A DNA stretch of 47,193 bases, taken from Spirochaetales bacterium (GTDB lineage Bacteria > Spirochaetota > Spirochaetia > JABEVK01). The stretch is from the NCBI GenBank assembly GCA_037142615.1, contig JBAXAI010000029.1:1-47193 (forward strand), given 5' to 3'. The notes under the pieces were generated by a model. That model saw only the letters and a program-made list of their open reading frames with translations, had not been told where the DNA came from and did not search any database. How positions within the stretch are numbered: the first letter of the stretch is position 1; each line of letters opens with the position of its first letter. Shown here piece by piece: positions 45,282 through 47,193 of the stretch. Made by a program: the position numbers and the translations under genes.

Positions 45282-46799
45282 ATGAAGAGCGTCGCCTTCG
45301 TACTTCTGGTGCTGGGGGGGCTGGTTTCGCTTGAGGCCCAGCTTTTGGTAAGGCCCACCAACCTCAAAGCATCGTTCATGATGGGGGCCGACGTTTCCAC
45401 CCTCGATCAGGTAGAGCGCTCAGGCGGCACCTTTCAGGACGCCAGGGGCAAAGCTGGGGATGCGCTTGCGATTCTCAAGGCTGCGGGCATCAACTGGATT
45501 CGACTAAGGCTGTGGGTGAATCCTGTCGACGCCAGCGGGCAACCGGTCGGCGGCGGCAACAATGACCTGGCGAGCTACCTGCGCACGGCCGCCCGGGCCA
45601 AAAAGCTGGGTCTTAGGGTCGAAGCCGACTTTCACTACAGCGATTTTTGGGCCGATCCTTCCAAGCAGCCCATCCCCGCGGCTTGGGCAGGCCTCAGCAC
45701 TGCCGACCTCCACAAGCAGATGTACCGCTACACCTTTGACTGCCTCAAGGCCATGAAGGCCAGGGGCGTTCTGCCCGATATGGTGCAGATCGGCAACGAG
45801 ATCAACAACGGCATGATGTGGCCTGCCGGGAAGCTCTATGCCTCGGGTGACGAGAACGTGGGCGGCATGGAAGGGCTTATCGCCTTGCTGAAGGAAGGCA
45901 TCCGGGCCACCCGCGATACCAGCAAGAACATCCGCATCATGCTGCACGCGGCCGAGGGGGGAAGCAACGCCGCGTTCCGCAACCTCTTTGATCCCCTGAC
46001 CGCGGCCAAGCTCGACTACGACGTGATCGGGCTTTCGTTCTACCCCTACTGGCACGGCAAAATGAGCGACCTCGAGTCGAATATGAACGACCTGGCCTCC
46101 CGCTACAAAAAGGACTTGGTGGTGGCCGAGTCCGCTTACGCCTATACGCTCGAAGACGGCGATGGTTTCCCGAACGCCTTCGGCCCCGGAACCGACAAAC
46201 TCGGCGGCTATCGGGCCACCGTTCAGGGCCAAGCCAGCGAAATTGCCGACCTGATTGGCATCGTCGCCGGCATCAGCGATGGCAAAGGCATCGGCGTGTT
46301 CTATTGGGAGCCGGCGTGGATTCCCGCAGCAGGGGCCGGCTGGAAGACGGGCGAAGGCAACAACTGGGACAACCAGGCGCTCTTCGACGCTCACGGAAAG
46401 GCTTTGCCGTCGCTCGACGTGTTCCGCCTCGTCCGCCAAAAAGTGGAGTTTCCCGACCTTCTGGTCAGCTCGGTCGAAGGGGTGAGTCTCAAGATCGCCA
46501 CCGGGACCGTGTTGCAGCTGCCCAAGCAAGTTAACGCCGTCTTCAACGATGACTCGTACCGTGTGGTCCAGGTGAAGTGGGAAGAAGTCGACCCTGTCCA
46601 GCTCGAGTCGGTTGGCAGGATTACGGTCAGAGGGTCGGTGTTCGGCTACCCGGCGGGCGCCGTGGCCGTGATCGAACTCGTGGCCAACGCCAACCTGCTT
46701 GGCGACGCCGGCTTCCAGGCGGGCATTCAGGTGAGCGGGGGAACGGGCCAGATCGGCTTGGGCAATACCGATGACGTGGAATTGATGAAGGAAGACTGA
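45282..46799 (+). CDS. GH53 endo-beta-1,4-galactanase with a Big_4 Ig-like domain
   Basis: GADVS, RLRLWVNP, DFHYSDFWADP.KQ, QIGNEINNG, GLSFYPYWHG, FYWEPAW, W.NQALFD. Confidence 0.93.
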   Translation: MKSVAFVLLVLGGLVSLEAQLLVRPTNLKASFMMGADVSTLDQVERSGGTFQDARGKAGDALAILKAAGINWIRLRLWVNPVDASGQPVGGGNNDLASYLRTAARAKKLGLRVEADFHYSDFWADPSKQPIPAAWAGLSTADLHKQMYRYTFDCLKAMKARGVLPDMVQIGNEINNGMMWPAGKLYASGDENVGGMEGLIALLKEGIRATRDTSKNIRIMLHAAEGGSNAAFRNLFDPLTAAKLDYDVIGLSFYPYWHGKMSDLESNMNDLASRYKKDLVVAESAYAYTLEDGDGFPNAFGPGTDKLGGYRATVQGQASEIADLIGIVAGISDGKGIGVFYWEPAWIPAAGAGWKTGEGNNWDNQALFDAHGKALPSLDVFRLVRQKVEFPDLLVSSVEGVSLKIATGTVLQLPKQVNAVFNDDSYRVVQVKWEEVDPVQLESVGRITVRGSVFGYPAGAVAVIELVANANLLGDAGFQAGIQVSGGTGQIGLGNTDDVELMKED

Positions 46800-46817
46800 C
46801 CGCTGGTCGTCGGCGAT

Positions 46818-47192
46818 CTAGGTGCACAGGCGCTGAGCCTTGATCGCGACAGAAGGGTTCTCGTGGCGCGTCAGGGCGTTGACCTGCTCGGCAAGCGTCC
46901 CTGTCGGGTACAGGGCCACTTCGTCCAAGGCGGCCCGCAGGGTTGGCAGGTCGGTCGAAGACAATTCCTGCTCGAGCAAGGGGAGAAAGTACGGATGGTG
47001 GATCCGGGCGAACAGCAGACGTACCGGAGGTTCTCCAACGAGGCGGCCGTCCAACAACAAAGGTACGAGCGACGGGGCGGCAGCAGGATTGCGGGTAGCC
47101 CATCCCTCGAAGAGTTTCGCACCGGCAGCCCTGTCGGCGAGGGCCCGGAACACCAGAGCACGATGCCAGAGAGCATCTTTGTGCCCCGCTAG
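46818..47192 (-). CDS. Partial CDS, HEAT-repeat-like C-terminus (5' end outside the window)
   Basis: Frame is open to the window edge; helical L..LL..EL...LR.AL...L..HENP.V...A pattern. Confidence 0.5.
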   Translation of the reverse strand, partial: LAGHKDALWHRALVFRALADRAAGAKLFEGWATRNPAAAPSLVPLLLDGRLVGEPPVRLLFARIHHPYFLPLLEQELSSTDLPTLRAALDEVALYPTGTLAEQVNALTRHENPSVAIKAQRLCT

Positions 47193-47193
47193 G

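Overview
GC-rich bacterial chromosome window, most likely from a free-living spirochaete (inferred from an OmpA C-terminus ending NRRVEF, DUF3996-like and TDE2508-like outer-membrane barrels, and many lipoproteins). Contents in order: (1-5.9 kb) two repeat-stalk surface lipoproteins and a small beta-barrel; (6.0-8.1 kb) a decayed accessory block (antitoxin, internally deleted vapC, kinase and GH3 fragments) bracketed by two copies of a 113-bp hairpin element with compensatory base changes; (8-20.5 kb) transport and housekeeping genes (MarR plus heterodimeric ABC exporter, orphan metal-binding protein, ankyrin lipoprotein, ABC-2 exporter, TPR, tonB-exbD-exbB, MFS, slyD); (20.8-31.8 kb) a galactoside/galactan locus (sugar ABC transporter, two-component system, GH2 and GH42 beta-galactosidases, AraC); (31.8-35.8 kb) oxidoreductase, Cof hydrolase, sensor kinase, intact vapBC; (35.8-41.3 kb) two more barrel+lipoprotein pairs; (41.4-45 kb) a disrupted 7TM sensor kinase, a response regulator and a PAS kinase; then tRNA-Glu(CTC), a GH53 galactanase and a partial CDS. 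Main unexplained signals: a 13-mer GAGGTCTGWCCCC found six times in genes and promoters, the covarying hairpin repeat, a recurring beta-barrel + surface-lipoprotein module with apparently exchangeable heads, and about 11 apparently leaderless promoters. No integrase, transposase, reverse transcriptase or CRISPR array was seen. All calls are by eye; no database searches were run.
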